Source: Clostridiaceae bacterium (GTDB taxonomy: Bacteria > Bacillota > Clostridia > Saccharofermentanales > DTU023). From it: a stretch of DNA of 64,000 nucleotides. The notes under the pieces were generated by a model. The model did not search any database and had not been told where the DNA came from. It was given only the letters and a program-made list of their open reading frames with translations. The first letter of the stretch is position 1. The number at the start of each line of letters is the position of its first letter. Made by a program: the position numbers and the translations under genes. Of this stretch, positions 1-11,408 are shown in pieces. The stretch is taken from contig DUOO01000003.1 of NCBI GenBank assembly GCA_012838795.1, positions 69,663 to 133,662 on the forward strand, given 5' to 3'.

Positions 1-170
1 TTTGCATTATTGAGCAGGCGTTAATTCTGTTTTCTTATCAGTAACCTGATTGAAATATGACAATGAGCGCCGAATTTTATAGACTAAATGATTTTTGATG
101 ATATAACAAAGAGCAGCTTTCTGTATCATATCGCCTTTTAATTCTTCAGAAATACGAATATACTTAAAAC

Positions 171-1025
171 ATGGATGAATTATTATTTGAAAGATTAACT
201 TTAATCAGTGCCAGGCAAAATTCACGCTTCAAGGAGTGGAATCGCTTAAATACGACTCAGGGAGTGAAAAAACAGGGGCTGTTAATTGTTGAAGGGCTAA
301 GAGCATGCCTGACTGCCATTGAACATCAAGCCGAAATTACAACGATTCTTTTCAGCAATGATACTATGGGTGAATATATCTATACAAAGGCAAAAGGTTG
401 GCTCATTCAAGAACAATTCGGTTATAATCAGATTTTTCGTCTGGATTCTGAACTGTTTGATTCCATAGCTGGTGCCAAAAATCCTCAAGGCATTATTTTT
501 ATTATAAAAAAACCGGATTTGTTGAATTTCGCGGAATGGCTCATTAAAAATACAGCCGGGATTCAGGCTGAAGATAAACCGATTAAGCTGGCTTTGTTTG
601 ATAAATTATCCGATCCGGGTAATGTAGGAACGATGATCAGAACAGCACATGCTTTTGATTTTTCGGGAGTTATTTTAAGTGAAGGAACGGTTGAACCTTT
701 TAATCCGAAGCTGCTGCGATCTACGATGGGATCTCTATTTGCATTAGATTTGATTGGCATAGATTCATATTCCGAATTAGCGGATTTAGCTAAAAAATAT
801 CAATTGCAAATCATAATATCTGATCTTGAGGGCGATTTATTACCTGAATTCGAGCCGGATCGGACAGCGTCAGGTTTCATTTTAGTTATCGGTAATGAAG
901 CTCATGGTCCAAGCAATGAGATTAAGCAGATTGCTGATCATTGTGTCACAATACCGATGTCAGGCAATGCAGAATCTTTGAACGCGGCAATTGCATTCGG
1001 GATTTTGGCCTATCAATTAAATTAA
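171..1025 (+). CDS. TrmH/SpoU-family RNA 2'-O-methyltransferase
   Basis: 284-aa ORF. The C-terminal half carries SpoU methylase motifs (GNVGTMIRTAHAF, LVIGNEAHG, ESLNAAIAFGILAY). Confidence 0.85.
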   Translation: MDELLFERLTLISARQNSRFKEWNRLNTTQGVKKQGLLIVEGLRACLTAIEHQAEITTILFSNDTMGEYIYTKAKGWLIQEQFGYNQIFRLDSELFDSIAGAKNPQGIIFIIKKPDLLNFAEWLIKNTAGIQAEDKPIKLALFDKLSDPGNVGTMIRTAHAFDFSGVILSEGTVEPFNPKLLRSTMGSLFALDLIGIDSYSELADLAKKYQLQIIISDLEGDLLPEFEPDRTASGFILVIGNEAHGPSNEIKQIADHCVTIPMSGNAESLNAAIAFGILAYQLN

Positions 1026-1125
1026 CCATTAATAAATCAAGAGAATTTCGATAAAAGTTAAACATAACAAGTCATGTCAAATTAACTAAGCGAAAATCAT
1101 AAAAAAGGGAATATAATCAAGAATT

Positions 1126-4053
1126 ATGGGGAATAATTCTATCAAAGAAAATTACTTAAATTATAATCAAGCTGATTTAGCGATTTATGGAGCACGTGTC
1201 CATAATTTGAAAAACATATCATTGAAAATACCGCGGAACAAATTGACGGTTATTACCGGTTTATCGGGTAGCGGAAAATCTTCGTTGGCTTTTGATACAA
1301 TTTATGCCGAAGGCCAAAGACGTTATGTTGAGTCTTTATCATCTTATGCCAGACAATTTTTGGGCCAAATGGAAAAGCCGGATGTTGATCGTATTGAAGG
1401 CTTGTCTCCGGCAATTGCGATTGACCAAAAATCTACTTCGAATAACCCGCGTTCAACGGTCGGAACCGTAACGGAAATTTATGATTATTTGCGTTTGCTT
1501 TATGCCAGAGCCGGCACGGTACATTGTCCGCAATGTGGCAGAGTTATCGAACAGCAGACAATTGATCAGATGATTGACCGGATCATGCAGTATCCTGCAA
1601 AAACAAAAATGATCCTTTATGCACCGATTGTACGGGAACGCAAAGGCGAGTTCAAAAATCAGTTTAATCATTTTCGCAGAGAAGGTTATGTGCGAATCAG
1701 AGTAGACGGTGAAATTCTATACTTAGACGATTTGCCGCAAGATTTCAAGTTGGAAAAAAATATAAAACACAGTATAGAAGTTGTTGTGGACCGTTTGGTG
1801 ATGCGTGAGGGGATTGAAAGTCGTTTGGCCGATTCTTTGGAAACTTGTCTTAATTTGAGTAATGGTTTGGCTCTGATTAATATTATTCAATCGGATTCTG
1901 AACAGGAATTATCGGATTGGCATTTGTACTCTCAACATTTCAACTGCCCTGATTGTGATATCAGCATAAGCGAAATTTCGCCCAGATCTTTTTCTTTTAA
2001 TAACCCGATAGGAGCCTGTTCAGGTTGTGACGGCCTCGGTGAAATGACGGAAATTGATCCGGAATTAGTAGTGTATGATCCGGGACTTTCGTTAAATGAT
2101 GGAGCAATCCAAGCAATTGGCTGGAAATTTTCCGATCGCAAAAGTTGGGCTCGCGGTTTTATAGAAGCATTAGCAAAACGTTATGATTTTTCTTTGGATA
2201 TGCCGTGGCAAGATTTGCCGCAACAGATCCGTGATATTGTTTTATTTGGTAATGACGGAGAGATTCTTTCAATTGATACCAGTAACAGCAAATTTAATCG
2301 AGGCACGGAATATAAGCGCGATTGGATCGGAGTAATTCCCAGCATGACCAAAAGATATGCGGAATCATCCGGAGACAGTCAGGATTATTATGAACGCTAT
2401 GTTTCAGTTACACCTTGCCCGATTTGCCATGGTGCGCGTTTGAATCAGGAAAGTCTTTCCGTCAGAATCGGCGGCTTAAACATATACGAATTGACGCTTT
2501 TATCAATTTCGGAATGCAAGAATTTTTTAGATAATGTTCAACTTGATTCATATAGAAGTCAAATAGCTTTACCGATTTTGCGAGAATTGTCCGGACGTTT
2601 ACAATTTTTGTTGGAAGTCGGTTTGGATTATCTGACTTTAGCCAGGGCTTCCGCCAGTTTATCCGGCGGCGAAGCTCAACGTATACGTTTAGCCACACAA
2701 ATCGGTTCCGGCCTGACCGGAGTACTTTATGTTCTGGATGAGCCCAGTATCGGGCTTCATCAAAGAGACAATTCACGTTTGCTGAAGACATTAAAGCATT
2801 TGCGTGATTTGGGCAATACCGTAATTGTCGTAGAACATGATGAAGAAACGATTTGGGAAGCCGATAATGTTGTCGATATCGGTCCGGGTGCCGGTGCGCA
2901 TGGCGGCCAAGTTGTCGCTGCAGGCAGACCGGAAGATATTTTGGCAAATCCGGTATCTGTTACCGGTCAATATTTGTCGGGGATTAAAAAAATTCCCATT
3001 CCGGAAAAGCGTCGTCAATCAAATGGTTACACCGTAAAGCTTACAGGTTGCCATCAAAACAACTTGAAATATATCGATGTAAACATTCCTTTAGGAGTTT
3101 TTGTATGTGTCACCGGGGTTTCCGGTTCCGGTAAAAGTTCCTTAATTAACGGAATTCTTTTAAAAAAAATGGCGGAAGTATTGAATGGAGCACGTAAATT
3201 CAGCGGTCCTTTCAAATCGATCAGCGGTTTGGAATATCTGGATAAGGTTATAGCCATTGACCAAGCACCGATCGGCAGGACTCCACGTTCCAATCCGGCA
3301 ACTTATACCGGTGTTTTCACGGAAATTCGTGATCTGTTTGCTGAAACTAAAACAGCTAAAGCCAGGGGTTATAAGAAAGGTCGTTTCAGTTTTAACGTTA
3401 AGGGCGGACGTTGTGAAGCTTGTAAAGGAGACGGTGTCAATAGAATTGAAATGCATTTCTTGCCTGATGTCTATGTAACTTGTGAAGTCTGCAAAGGGAA
3501 ACGTTATAATAGGGAAACTTTGGAAGTTAAATATAAAGAGAAGAATATATCTGATATTTTAGATATGACAGTAGAAGATGCATATCATTTTTTCCGGAAT
3601 ATACCGAAAATTGTCAGAAAACTCCAAACTATGCTGGACGTCGGTTTGGGATATATCAAACTGGGTCAGCCGTCGACTCAACTGTCGGGCGGCGAAGCGC
3701 AAAGGGTCAAATTGGCAACCGAGCTTTCTCGCACAAGTACCGGCAAAACTTTTTATATATTAGATGAACCGACTACCGGTTTACATAGTGCCGATGTTCA
3801 TCGTTTGGTAGATATCTTGCAAAGATTGACTGAAAAGGGAAATAGTGTTTTGGTAATAGAACATAATTTAGATGTTATCAAGACGGCAGACTATATTATC
3901 GATCTGGGACCTGAAGGCGGAGATGGTGGTGGGGAAATTATAGCACAAGGCACCCCGGAAGAAGTTGCGGAGATTCCCGGTTCATATACCGGAAAATATT
4001 TGAAGCAGATATTACAACGCAAATATCCTACAATAGAAAGAGTTCAAAGTTGA
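1126..4053 (+). CDS. uvrA: Excinuclease ABC subunit A
   Basis: 975-aa ORF with two ABC modules (Walker [10 protein letters not shown] and GVSGSGKSS; LSGGEAQR signature twice) and CxxC zinc modules. Full UvrA architecture. Confidence 0.97.
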   Translation: MGNNSIKENYLNYNQADLAIYGARVHNLKNISLKIPRNKLTVITGLSGSGKSSLAFDTIYAEGQRRYVESLSSYARQFLGQMEKPDVDRIEGLSPAIAIDQKSTSNNPRSTVGTVTEIYDYLRLLYARAGTVHCPQCGRVIEQQTIDQMIDRIMQYPAKTKMILYAPIVRERKGEFKNQFNHFRREGYVRIRVDGEILYLDDLPQDFKLEKNIKHSIEVVVDRLVMREGIESRLADSLETCLNLSNGLALINIIQSDSEQELSDWHLYSQHFNCPDCDISISEISPRSFSFNNPIGACSGCDGLGEMTEIDPELVVYDPGLSLNDGAIQAIGWKFSDRKSWARGFIEALAKRYDFSLDMPWQDLPQQIRDIVLFGNDGEILSIDTSNSKFNRGTEYKRDWIGVIPSMTKRYAESSGDSQDYYERYVSVTPCPICHGARLNQESLSVRIGGLNIYELTLLSISECKNFLDNVQLDSYRSQIALPILRELSGRLQFLLEVGLDYLTLARASASLSGGEAQRIRLATQIGSGLTGVLYVLDEPSIGLHQRDNSRLLKTLKHLRDLGNTVIVVEHDEETIWEADNVVDIGPGAGAHGGQVVAAGRPEDILANPVSVTGQYLSGIKKIPIPEKRRQSNGYTVKLTGCHQNNLKYIDVNIPLGVFVCVTGVSGSGKSSLINGILLKKMAEVLNGARKFSGPFKSISGLEYLDKVIAIDQAPIGRTPRSNPATYTGVFTEIRDLFAETKTAKARGYKKGRFSFNVKGGRCEACKGDGVNRIEMHFLPDVYVTCEVCKGKRYNRETLEVKYKEKNISDILDMTVEDAYHFFRNIPKIVRKLQTMLDVGLGYIKLGQPSTQLSGGEAQRVKLATELSRTSTGKTFYILDEPTTGLHSADVHRLVDILQRLTEKGNSVLVIEHNLDVIKTADYIIDLGPEGGDGGGEIIAQGTPEEVAEIPGSYTGKYLKQILQRKYPTIERVQS

Positions 4054-4083
4054 GTTCCATATCTTGAGTTGGATGAATATGAA

Positions 4084-4147
4084 TTGACCGGACTAATCTA
4101 TATAGGTAAAATGTACAATCGATAAAAATTAACAATTATCGTATAAT
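4084..4147 (+). promoter_or_regulatory. Two candidate sigma-A promoters upstream of the Clp ATPase gene
   Basis: TTGACC (4084-4089), 17 nt, TAAAAT (4107-4112); and TCGATA (4119-4124), 17 nt, TATAAT (4142-4147). Sequence match only. Confidence 0.35.
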
Positions 4148-4245
4148 GAAGATACTTATATTGGATATAATAGATACGATAAGTAAAGACAAGTGAGACT
4201 TAAGAGGTAGATTTTAGATTTTATAGACGGGAATGTAAAAACAAG

Positions 4246-6735
4246 ATGTCCACATGCCAAATATGCAAAAAAAATACAGCAGTTATTTACACTACGCGCA
4301 TTGAAAACAATGAAACTGTCAGTGAGGGTATTTGTTTGAAGTGTGCTTTTGATATGAATATCGGAGGACTTGAACCTCTGTTTAAAAAATCCGGTATCAA
4401 TGAAGAGAATATTGATCAAATTCAAAACAGAATGAATTCAGTAATGGAACAGATGGGTGATACCAATCCATTTGAAATGTTTAAATCATTTATGGATTTA
4501 GATGCAAGTAATGAATTGGGTTTCATGATTGATGGATTAAACTTTGACGGTCCGGGTGATTTTGGTACGGATGAAGAAGAATCGGATGATTCTGAAGTTT
4601 CAGGTATTACTGATGGAGACAAGGGTGAAGCAGAATCTGATAATAAATCGAGCAGCTTGATGGCAGCCACGATTGACAGCAGTATCGCAGCAGATCAGGA
4701 AGGTACGGATAATAATACTCAACGTTCGGGATCACGTAGTGCAGGACGCAGAACAAGACGTAATAAATTTCTGGATCAATTCGGGACAAATCTTACCGAA
4801 AAGGCAAAACATGGTGAAATTGACAGAATAATCGGTCGTGATGAGGAATTGAACAGGGTCATTCAAATTTTGAATCGAAGAACCAAGAATAATCCGGCAT
4901 TGATCGGCGAACCGGGTGTTGGCAAGACGGCAATAGCCGAAGGTTTGGCGGTAAAAATAGTCAGTAAAGAAGTTCCGGCCAAATTGTTGGATAAGCAGAT
5001 TTATCAGCTGGACATGACAACAATGGTAGCCGGAACACAATTCAGGGGTCAATTTGAAAGTCGGATGAAAGGTGTAGTTGAAGATGCCAAAAAGGACGGA
5101 AATATTATTTTGGTAATCGATGAACTGCATAATATTATGGGGGCAGGAGATGCCGAAGGTGCGATGAATGCAGCTAATATCTTAAAACCTGCTCTGGCCA
5201 AAGGCGATGTTTCGGTAATCGGTTCAACCACTTTGGATGAATATCGCAGATTTATTGAAAAAGACTCTGCTTTGGAAAGGCGTTTTCAAAAGGTAATTAT
5301 CAATGAACCGACCCAAGCAGAAGCAATAGAAATTCTTCACGGAGTTCAAGATTATTATGAAAAACATCACTTTGTTACTTATTCCAAAGCTGCAATCAGA
5401 GCAGCAGTTCAATTATCTGACCGCTATATTCATGAGAGGTATCTGCCGGATAAAGCAATTGATATTATAGATGAAGCAGGTTCCAGGGTTAATTTAGACA
5501 ATGACCTGTTAGTTGAGCAAAAGGAATTAGAAGATCGTTTAGCAGAATTAAATGATGCGATTGCGGCTTCTTATGAAAAATTAATTGAAACTTCGGATGA
5601 AGAAAAATCTTTGGAACTTTATGAAAAAGATGCTGAATTGCGATCCGAACAACTAAAACTTAATCGTAGATTAAAAGAAGTAAATGAATTATTGGAACCT
5701 GTACAAATCGGTGTAAATGAAATAGCGGAAGTGGTGGAAATGTGGACGGGAATTCCGGTTCAACAAATAACCGAAGCTGAAACAGAGAAGTTGTTGCATT
5801 TAGAAGAACGATTGCACGAACGGATTGTCGGACAAGAAGATGCGGTTAATGCAGTATCGCGAGCAATTCGCCGCAAAAGAGCCGGTTTCGGTTCAGTTAA
5901 CAAACCACCGTCATTCTTCTTTGTCGGGCCGACCGGAGTCGGTAAAACCGAATTGGTTAAAGCGCTGGCTGAAACTCTGTTTGAAGAGAAAGATTCCTTG
6001 GTAAGACTTGATATGTCTGAATTTACCGAACCTCATACCGTAAGCAAGCTGATCGGTTCTCCGCCCGGTTATGTCGGATACGACGACGGCGGTCAATTGA
6101 CGGAAAAAATCAGACGTCGACCTTATAGTGTAGTTTTATTCGATGAAATAGAAAAAGCACATCCCGATATTTATAATATTTTATTGCAGATATTAGATGA
6201 CGGACGTTTGACTGACAGCCAAGGCCGTGTAATTAATTTTGAGAATACGGTAATTATTATGACCTCAAATGCCGGCACAACCTTAAAAGCACACAGCATA
6301 GGATTTGGTGATGACGGTCATATAGCGATGGAAAGTCGAGTACAGACAGCAATGCAAGATATTTTCCGTCCGGAATTTTTAAATAGAATCGACGAAATTA
6401 TTGTGTTCAAAGAACTGACTAAAACGGAAATTCGTCAAATTGTGGATCTGATGTTGCGAGAGGTTGAGCAGGATGTTAAAGGACATGGTATGGTTATTAC
6501 CGTAACCGATTCTGCACGTGATGCTTTAGCTAAAGAAGGCTACAATCCTAAATATGGAGCAAGACCTTTAAGAAAAGCAATTCAACGTAAAATTGAAGAT
6601 CCGTTAGCCGATAAATTACTGGCAGGAGATTTTGAGAATACAAAAGAAATAGTAATAACATGGGAAGAGGAAAATCAATTCGTTATTTCGGCAAATTCCA
6701 AAACAAATACTGATAATTCCAAAAGTAATTCTTGA
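4246..6735 (+). CDS. Clp/Hsp100 ATPase, ClpE-like (N-terminal zinc ribbon, two AAA+ modules)
   Basis: 829-aa ORF. It has a 4-Cys ribbon (CQIC...CLKC), an acidic Asp/Glu/Ser-rich linker, Walker A GEPGVGKT and GPTGVGKT, a coiled-coil middle domain and an IGF-type loop (SIGFG). It lacks the repeated ClpC/ClpA N-domain. Confidence 0.85.
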   Translation: MSTCQICKKNTAVIYTTRIENNETVSEGICLKCAFDMNIGGLEPLFKKSGINEENIDQIQNRMNSVMEQMGDTNPFEMFKSFMDLDASNELGFMIDGLNFDGPGDFGTDEEESDDSEVSGITDGDKGEAESDNKSSSLMAATIDSSIAADQEGTDNNTQRSGSRSAGRRTRRNKFLDQFGTNLTEKAKHGEIDRIIGRDEELNRVIQILNRRTKNNPALIGEPGVGKTAIAEGLAVKIVSKEVPAKLLDKQIYQLDMTTMVAGTQFRGQFESRMKGVVEDAKKDGNIILVIDELHNIMGAGDAEGAMNAANILKPALAKGDVSVIGSTTLDEYRRFIEKDSALERRFQKVIINEPTQAEAIEILHGVQDYYEKHHFVTYSKAAIRAAVQLSDRYIHERYLPDKAIDIIDEAGSRVNLDNDLLVEQKELEDRLAELNDAIAASYEKLIETSDEEKSLELYEKDAELRSEQLKLNRRLKEVNELLEPVQIGVNEIAEVVEMWTGIPVQQITEAETEKLLHLEERLHERIVGQEDAVNAVSRAIRRKRAGFGSVNKPPSFFFVGPTGVGKTELVKALAETLFEEKDSLVRLDMSEFTEPHTVSKLIGSPPGYVGYDDGGQLTEKIRRRPYSVVLFDEIEKAHPDIYNILLQILDDGRLTDSQGRVINFENTVIIMTSNAGTTLKAHSIGFGDDGHIAMESRVQTAMQDIFRPEFLNRIDEIIVFKELTKTEIRQIVDLMLREVEQDVKGHGMVITVTDSARDALAKEGYNPKYGARPLRKAIQRKIEDPLADKLLAGDFENTKEIVITWEEENQFVISANSKTNTDNSKSNS

Positions 6736-6781
6736 AAATTAATTTAACGTAAATATTATTATCTGTTTTTTAGGAGATTAG

Positions 6782-7825
6782 ATGACTACAAAAGAAATTA
6801 AGCTGAAGGCCAAAAATGTTTTGAATCAAGGATGTTATTGGTCAGGTTACGGTGTAAATCTTACCTATAGATTTATCAACAATACAATGGGAATAATAAT
6901 TAGTTTGTTTTTCGGTTTGGGAATGTTCGGATCACTGTTCGGTTTTGCGACTAAAGTAACAATATCGACTGTCATTACAAATGAGGAAGCTGCTTTTGAT
7001 TTATTGAAATCCTTCCTCAATCAAATGAAAGTTTTAATAATATCAGCATTAATTATGTCCTTAGTTATGTTTGTTATAAAACTCCTGTTAACTAATATCT
7101 TGACTACAGGAAAATTACTTTGGTTTTCCAGAAACAGAGAACAAACGGTTCCTCCCGTTTTTTCATTATTGTTCAACGGGTTCAAGAGAGGAGCGTACGG
7201 TAATTTAGTCAAAGGTATGGCCTGGTGTGATCTCTGGCAAACAATTTGGCAATTGCCCATTTATATTGTCCAATTAACAATTGGAATTTACAGCTTGGTA
7301 ATTATTGAGAATATGTTAAAAGTAGTGCAGGAAAACTTGCTATACCTGTCATCTTATAATTTAGATAATAAAATTTTTAATGAGATGTTCCAGGATCTGA
7401 TGATTTTTTTGATTGTTATAATTATAGGAACCATTATCAGTATCGGTTTCGGAGTTGTTGCAATAATTAAGAGATACAGTTATCGGGCTACTGCTTGGAT
7501 TTTGGCAGACAATCCTGATATCGGTCATCGCCGGGCATTACAATTATCAAAAGAAATGACTCAAGGATATAAAGGAAAATGGTTTGTTTTAGACATTTCT
7601 TTTATCGGGTGGTATTTGTTGCTGATTTTGACAGCTCCGGTAATTCTTTTTACGGCACCTTTGTTAGAAACTTATACTAATGCAAGTTATGCCGAATTTT
7701 ATGCTTGGTTGCGAGATCAAGCCGTAGGCAGAGGTTTAGTTACAATGGAAGAATTAGGTTATGTGGCAGTGCAGAACAATCCGTATCAAACTCCGATCAG
7801 TGCGACTGATTTTTATCAAAAATAA
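6782..7825 (+). CDS. Multi-pass membrane protein, DUF975-like
   Basis: 347-aa hydrophobic ORF. The C-terminal region (KGKWFVLDISFIGWYLLLILT...YAEFYAWL) resembles DUF975 proteins. RBS AGGAG lies at 6772-6776. Confidence 0.6.
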   Translation: MTTKEIKLKAKNVLNQGCYWSGYGVNLTYRFINNTMGIIISLFFGLGMFGSLFGFATKVTISTVITNEEAAFDLLKSFLNQMKVLIISALIMSLVMFVIKLLLTNILTTGKLLWFSRNREQTVPPVFSLLFNGFKRGAYGNLVKGMAWCDLWQTIWQLPIYIVQLTIGIYSLVIIENMLKVVQENLLYLSSYNLDNKIFNEMFQDLMIFLIVIIIGTIISIGFGVVAIIKRYSYRATAWILADNPDIGHRRALQLSKEMTQGYKGKWFVLDISFIGWYLLLILTAPVILFTAPLLETYTNASYAEFYAWLRDQAVGRGLVTMEELGYVAVQNNPYQTPISATDFYQK

Positions 7826-8199
7826 TGCGAATATTTACAAGCAGCAAATTTGATCACACTGTTATTCTAATCAAAAGTTTGGTTTTTATTACATTAACTC
7901 TTTTGATTGTTTATTTTGGGTTGCGATTGTTGTTCAGCTATTTTCGCAAGAAAAACAGTCAACATAATCAGCAACGTGATGATATAGTAGAAGGTCAGGT
8001 TTGTTATGTTTTCCAAAGTGTAAGTCCGGAAAAACCCGGATATATTATTTGTGAAACGGATGAAGGTGTACGCTTTTCTGAAGCTGTCGCAGATGTCGAA
8101 ATTAATGAAGGAACAGCGGTTATCGTTATTTCATGTCAGAAAAGTGCTTGCAAAATAAAACCGCTGGTTTCGAGAGTTAAACCCAAACAAATGATGTAA
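7825..8199 (+). CDS. Small membrane-anchored protein, tentatively NfeD-like C-terminal domain
   Basis: 124-aa ORF. Its ATG overlaps the upstream stop (TAATG, 7823-7827). One N-terminal TM helix is followed by a beta-rich soluble domain. The family call is tentative. Confidence 0.4.
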   Translation: MRIFTSSKFDHTVILIKSLVFITLTLLIVYFGLRLLFSYFRKKNSQHNQQRDDIVEGQVCYVFQSVSPEKPGYIICETDEGVRFSEAVADVEINEGTAVIVISCQKSACKIKPLVSRVKPKQMM

Positions 8200-8202
8200 T
8201 AT

Positions 8203-10029
8203 ATGGCCAAAGTTGCTTTAATTGCTCTCAATTCAAGTTATAGTCATACCAATTTAGCTTTGCGCTATATCAGAGAAAAATTGGCTGATTTAGCGATTTC
8301 TGATCTCGAAATCGTGTTCATGGAAAAAACGATCAATGATCACTGGTTCAAGCTGTTTGATCAACTTGTTGAGATTAAGGCGAATATATATGCTTTTTCT
8401 TGCTATATCTGGAATCGTTCTTTAGTCGAATCGTTATCATTTCATCTCAAACAAATCAGACCGGAAGCTGCAATAATTTGGGGTGGTCCGGATGTTTCAT
8501 CACAAGCAGAATTGATGTTGGCGAGTCATCCGTGGCTTGACGGCTTGATTCAAGCTGAAGGTGATTCGGCAACTGTGGAATGGATTTTGCGCTATTTAGG
8601 ATATGAAAAATTTGCTGTTGAGAGGTTAACCGGCACAAGTGAGGAGTTGAATTGGAAATTTCCTTATACGGCAAGTGAAATGCGACAATTAAATGAGCGG
8701 ATTTTGTATTATGAAGGAAGTCGCGGCTGTGCATATAATTGCACATACTGTTTATCGAGCAATACCTATCGGGTACGTCATAAACCGCTAAACGAAGTAT
8801 TTTCCGAACTCAAATGGATAATGCAATATAATCCTCGTCAACTGAAATTTATTGACCGGACTTTTAATTCCGATCAGCGAAGATCTTATGCAATCTGGCA
8901 TTTTATTATGCAACAAACCGAATCTTTAAATACCAGAACTAATTTTCATTTTGAAATTGCTGCAGAATTGATAACTGAAGAACACTTAACATTATTATCC
9001 GAGCTTAGACCCGGTTTATTTCAATTTGAAATTGGAGCTCAGACCACAAATCCTGAGGTTTTGCGGACAATTCGCCGACCTTATCGGGCTGAACATTTCA
9101 ATCATGTTGTCAGCCGTTTACGCAGTATGGAAAATATCCATATACATTTGGACTTAATAGCCGGTCTGCCGGGCGAAAGTTTAGAGTCGCAAATAAAATC
9201 TGCTAATGATCTGTTAAATTTACATCCCAATATGCTGCAAATGGGTTTTTTGAAAGTTTTACCTGATACAAAAATGAAGATTGATTGTGACCAAAGGTCA
9301 ATGATTTATCAAATGTTGCCGCCTTATGAGATTTTACAGTCAGATCGAATGAGTGCAGAAGAATTAATGTATTTGCGCAAGATAGAACAGGTTTTGAATC
9401 TATATTATAACAGCGGAAATTATTTCTATAGCATTAATTATCTGATGCATCTGAGTGAACAGCCGTTTACAGTCATTTTGGATCTATATGATTGGTTGCG
9501 ACCTGAAATGGAACAAGGAGCTCTCGCCAGATCAAGTCAAGTAGAATTATTTTACAGATTCGGAATGAAATTTATAGCGGAAAAAAGTTCAGTTCAAGAA
9601 TTAACCAATGATAAAATTCTGTTTGCCGATTTGCTGAAATTGGACTATTTTGCACAAGGTATGAAAGGTTATCCGGATTGGTTATATGATCTGCGGTATA
9701 CCGATCAGACAATAATTGAGGAAGTAATGGAAAAAGCCAAAGTTTTATATCGCGAAGCAGGACATCGGACCAGAGCCAGATTTGAGCATTTTCATTTCAG
9801 TTTGAAAGAGTTGCCGGGATTTTGTTCAGATCGGAGTAAACAGTTTTCCGGTGCCGGCGAAGTACAACCGAGTCCGACCAGAGTGATTGCTTATATAAAA
9901 GAACAAAGCCGGAAATTTGATAGCGAATTGTCATCTTCATACATTTGTGCTTTGTTGTTAGGGCAAGGTCCGGTTCAAGTCATTGAAGAATATCAATTAA
10001 TTGATATTCTTCAGCTGTCTGGCTTATAA
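8203..10029 (+). CDS. B12-binding-domain radical SAM protein (DUF4080-type C-terminus)
   Basis: 608-aa ORF starting 3 nt after the previous stop. It has the radical SAM cluster motif CAYNCTYC, an N-terminal Rossmann-like B12-binding region and a long C-terminal extension. Confidence 0.75.
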   Translation: MAKVALIALNSSYSHTNLALRYIREKLADLAISDLEIVFMEKTINDHWFKLFDQLVEIKANIYAFSCYIWNRSLVESLSFHLKQIRPEAAIIWGGPDVSSQAELMLASHPWLDGLIQAEGDSATVEWILRYLGYEKFAVERLTGTSEELNWKFPYTASEMRQLNERILYYEGSRGCAYNCTYCLSSNTYRVRHKPLNEVFSELKWIMQYNPRQLKFIDRTFNSDQRRSYAIWHFIMQQTESLNTRTNFHFEIAAELITEEHLTLLSELRPGLFQFEIGAQTTNPEVLRTIRRPYRAEHFNHVVSRLRSMENIHIHLDLIAGLPGESLESQIKSANDLLNLHPNMLQMGFLKVLPDTKMKIDCDQRSMIYQMLPPYEILQSDRMSAEELMYLRKIEQVLNLYYNSGNYFYSINYLMHLSEQPFTVILDLYDWLRPEMEQGALARSSQVELFYRFGMKFIAEKSSVQELTNDKILFADLLKLDYFAQGMKGYPDWLYDLRYTDQTIIEEVMEKAKVLYREAGHRTRARFEHFHFSLKELPGFCSDRSKQFSGAGEVQPSPTRVIAYIKEQSRKFDSELSSSYICALLLGQGPVQVIEEYQLIDILQLSGL

Positions 10030-10088
10030 TATAGATATGAAAGAAATATTTTTAACAGAAATCATAATCTGAAAATTGGAGGTACAAT

Positions 10089-11408
10089 ATGATTCGTATA
10101 TGTGAAAATCACCTTAAGCCTTTTGTGCAAGAGCATGAATTAGAGTATTTAGCAACTCAGTTGGCGTTAGCCTTTGATAATGTAACTGAGAAAACCGGTC
10201 CGGGCAATGATTTTTTAGGCTGGGTAGATTTGCCGATTAATTATGATAAAGAAGAATTTGATCGAATTCTTGATGCAGCCGAACGTATTCGTTCTCACAG
10301 TGATGTCCTTTTGGTAGTCGGCATCGGAGGATCATATTTAGGTGCACGTGCAGTAATAGAGGCTCTTAATCCTGCTTTTCGCAAACCTGACGATTTGGAA
10401 ATAATTTTTGCAGGTCATCAAATCAGTGGTGATTATTTATCGGAGTTGTTAGATTATATTGCGGATAAAGACGTTTCATTAAATGTAATTTCTAAATCAG
10501 GAACTACTACTGAACCTGCGATTGCTTTCCGGATTTTACGTGAATTCATGGAGAAAAAATATGGTGAAGAAAGTATTGAGAGAATTTTCATTACTACAGA
10601 TAAAGCACGCGGAGCATTAAAAGAATTGGCCAATCAAGTCGGTTATGAAACTTTTGTTGTACCGGACGATATAGGTGGTCGCTATTCTGTATTAACAGCT
10701 GTCGGATTGCTGCCGATTGCCGCTGCCGGAATTTCAATTAAAGAATTGATGCAGGGTGCTGCTGAACAAAGAGAATTGGCTTTGAACTTTGATTTAGAAG
10801 AAAACGTTATTCTGAGATATGCCGGCTGGAGAAATATTTTATTACGTCGCGGTTATGACACAGAAATTTTAGTTAATTATGAGCCCGGTTTAATGTTTTT
10901 CAATGAATGGTGGAAACAACTTTATGGTGAGAGTGAAGGCAAAGACGGTAAAGGCTTATTCCCGGCCGGAGTTAATTTCACATCCGACTTGCACTCAATG
11001 GGACAATTTATTCAAGATGGCAAGCGCAATTTATTTGAAACAGTTTTAGATTTTAAACAAACCAGAAGAGAAATTTATATTCCCGGCGATGAACAAAATC
11101 TGGATGAATTAAATTACTTGACCGGCAAAAGTTTACAAGAAGTGAATCGAACCGCTTTAAGAGGTGTAATGTTAGCCCATGAAGACGGCGGTACACCGAC
11201 AATCCGTTTGGAATTAGATCGTCTGGATGTGAAACATCTGGGTGCTTTGATTTATTTCTTCGAATTTGCTTGCGGTATCAGCGGTTATGTTTTAGGAGTC
11301 AATCCTTTCGATCAACCGGGAGTTGAAGCTTATAAACGCAACATGTTTGCATTATTGGGCAAACCCGGTTATGAAGAATTAACCAAGGAATTAGAACAAA
11401 GACTTTAA
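10089..11408 (+). CDS. pgi: Glucose-6-phosphate isomerase
   Basis: 439-aa ORF with SIS/PGI motifs ([34 protein letters not shown]). RBS GGAGG lies upstream. Confidence 0.93.
   Translation: MIRICENHLKPFVQEHELEYLATQLALAFDNVTEKTGPGNDFLGWVDLPINYDKEEFDRILDAAERIRSHSDVLLVVGIGGSYLGARAVIEALNPAFRKPDDLEIIFAGHQISGDYLSELLDYIADKDVSLNVISKSGTTTEPAIAFRILREFMEKKYGEESIERIFITTDKARGALKELANQVGYETFVVPDDIGGRYSVLTAVGLLPIAAAGISIKELMQGAAEQRELALNFDLEENVILRYAGWRNILLRRGYDTEILVNYEPGLMFFNEWWKQLYGESEGKDGKGLFPAGVNFTSDLHSMGQFIQDGKRNLFETVLDFKQTRREIYIPGDEQNLDELNYLTGKSLQEVNRTALRGVMLAHEDGGTPTIRLELDRLDVKHLGALIYFFEFACGISGYVLGVNPFDQPGVEAYKRNMFALLGKPGYEELTKELEQRL

Noticed and set aside
1-170. Possible 3' end of an upstream gene, or a promoter for the methyltransferase gene.
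   Set aside because: Frame 1 closes at 22-24 and frame 3 at 42-44, so the reading frame of any truncated gene cannot be determined. No convincing -35/-10 pair was seen.
2462-2947. 161-aa minus-strand ORF, plus many other 60-160-aa minus-strand ORFs in the track (for example 4732-5130, 19428-19811, 23849-24295, 41649-42041, 49538-49885, 58841-59263).
   Set aside because: Each lies wholly antisense to a well-supported + strand gene with clear family motifs. Their translations are low-complexity or Pro/Ser/Ile-rich shadow sequences with no RBS or recognisable motif.
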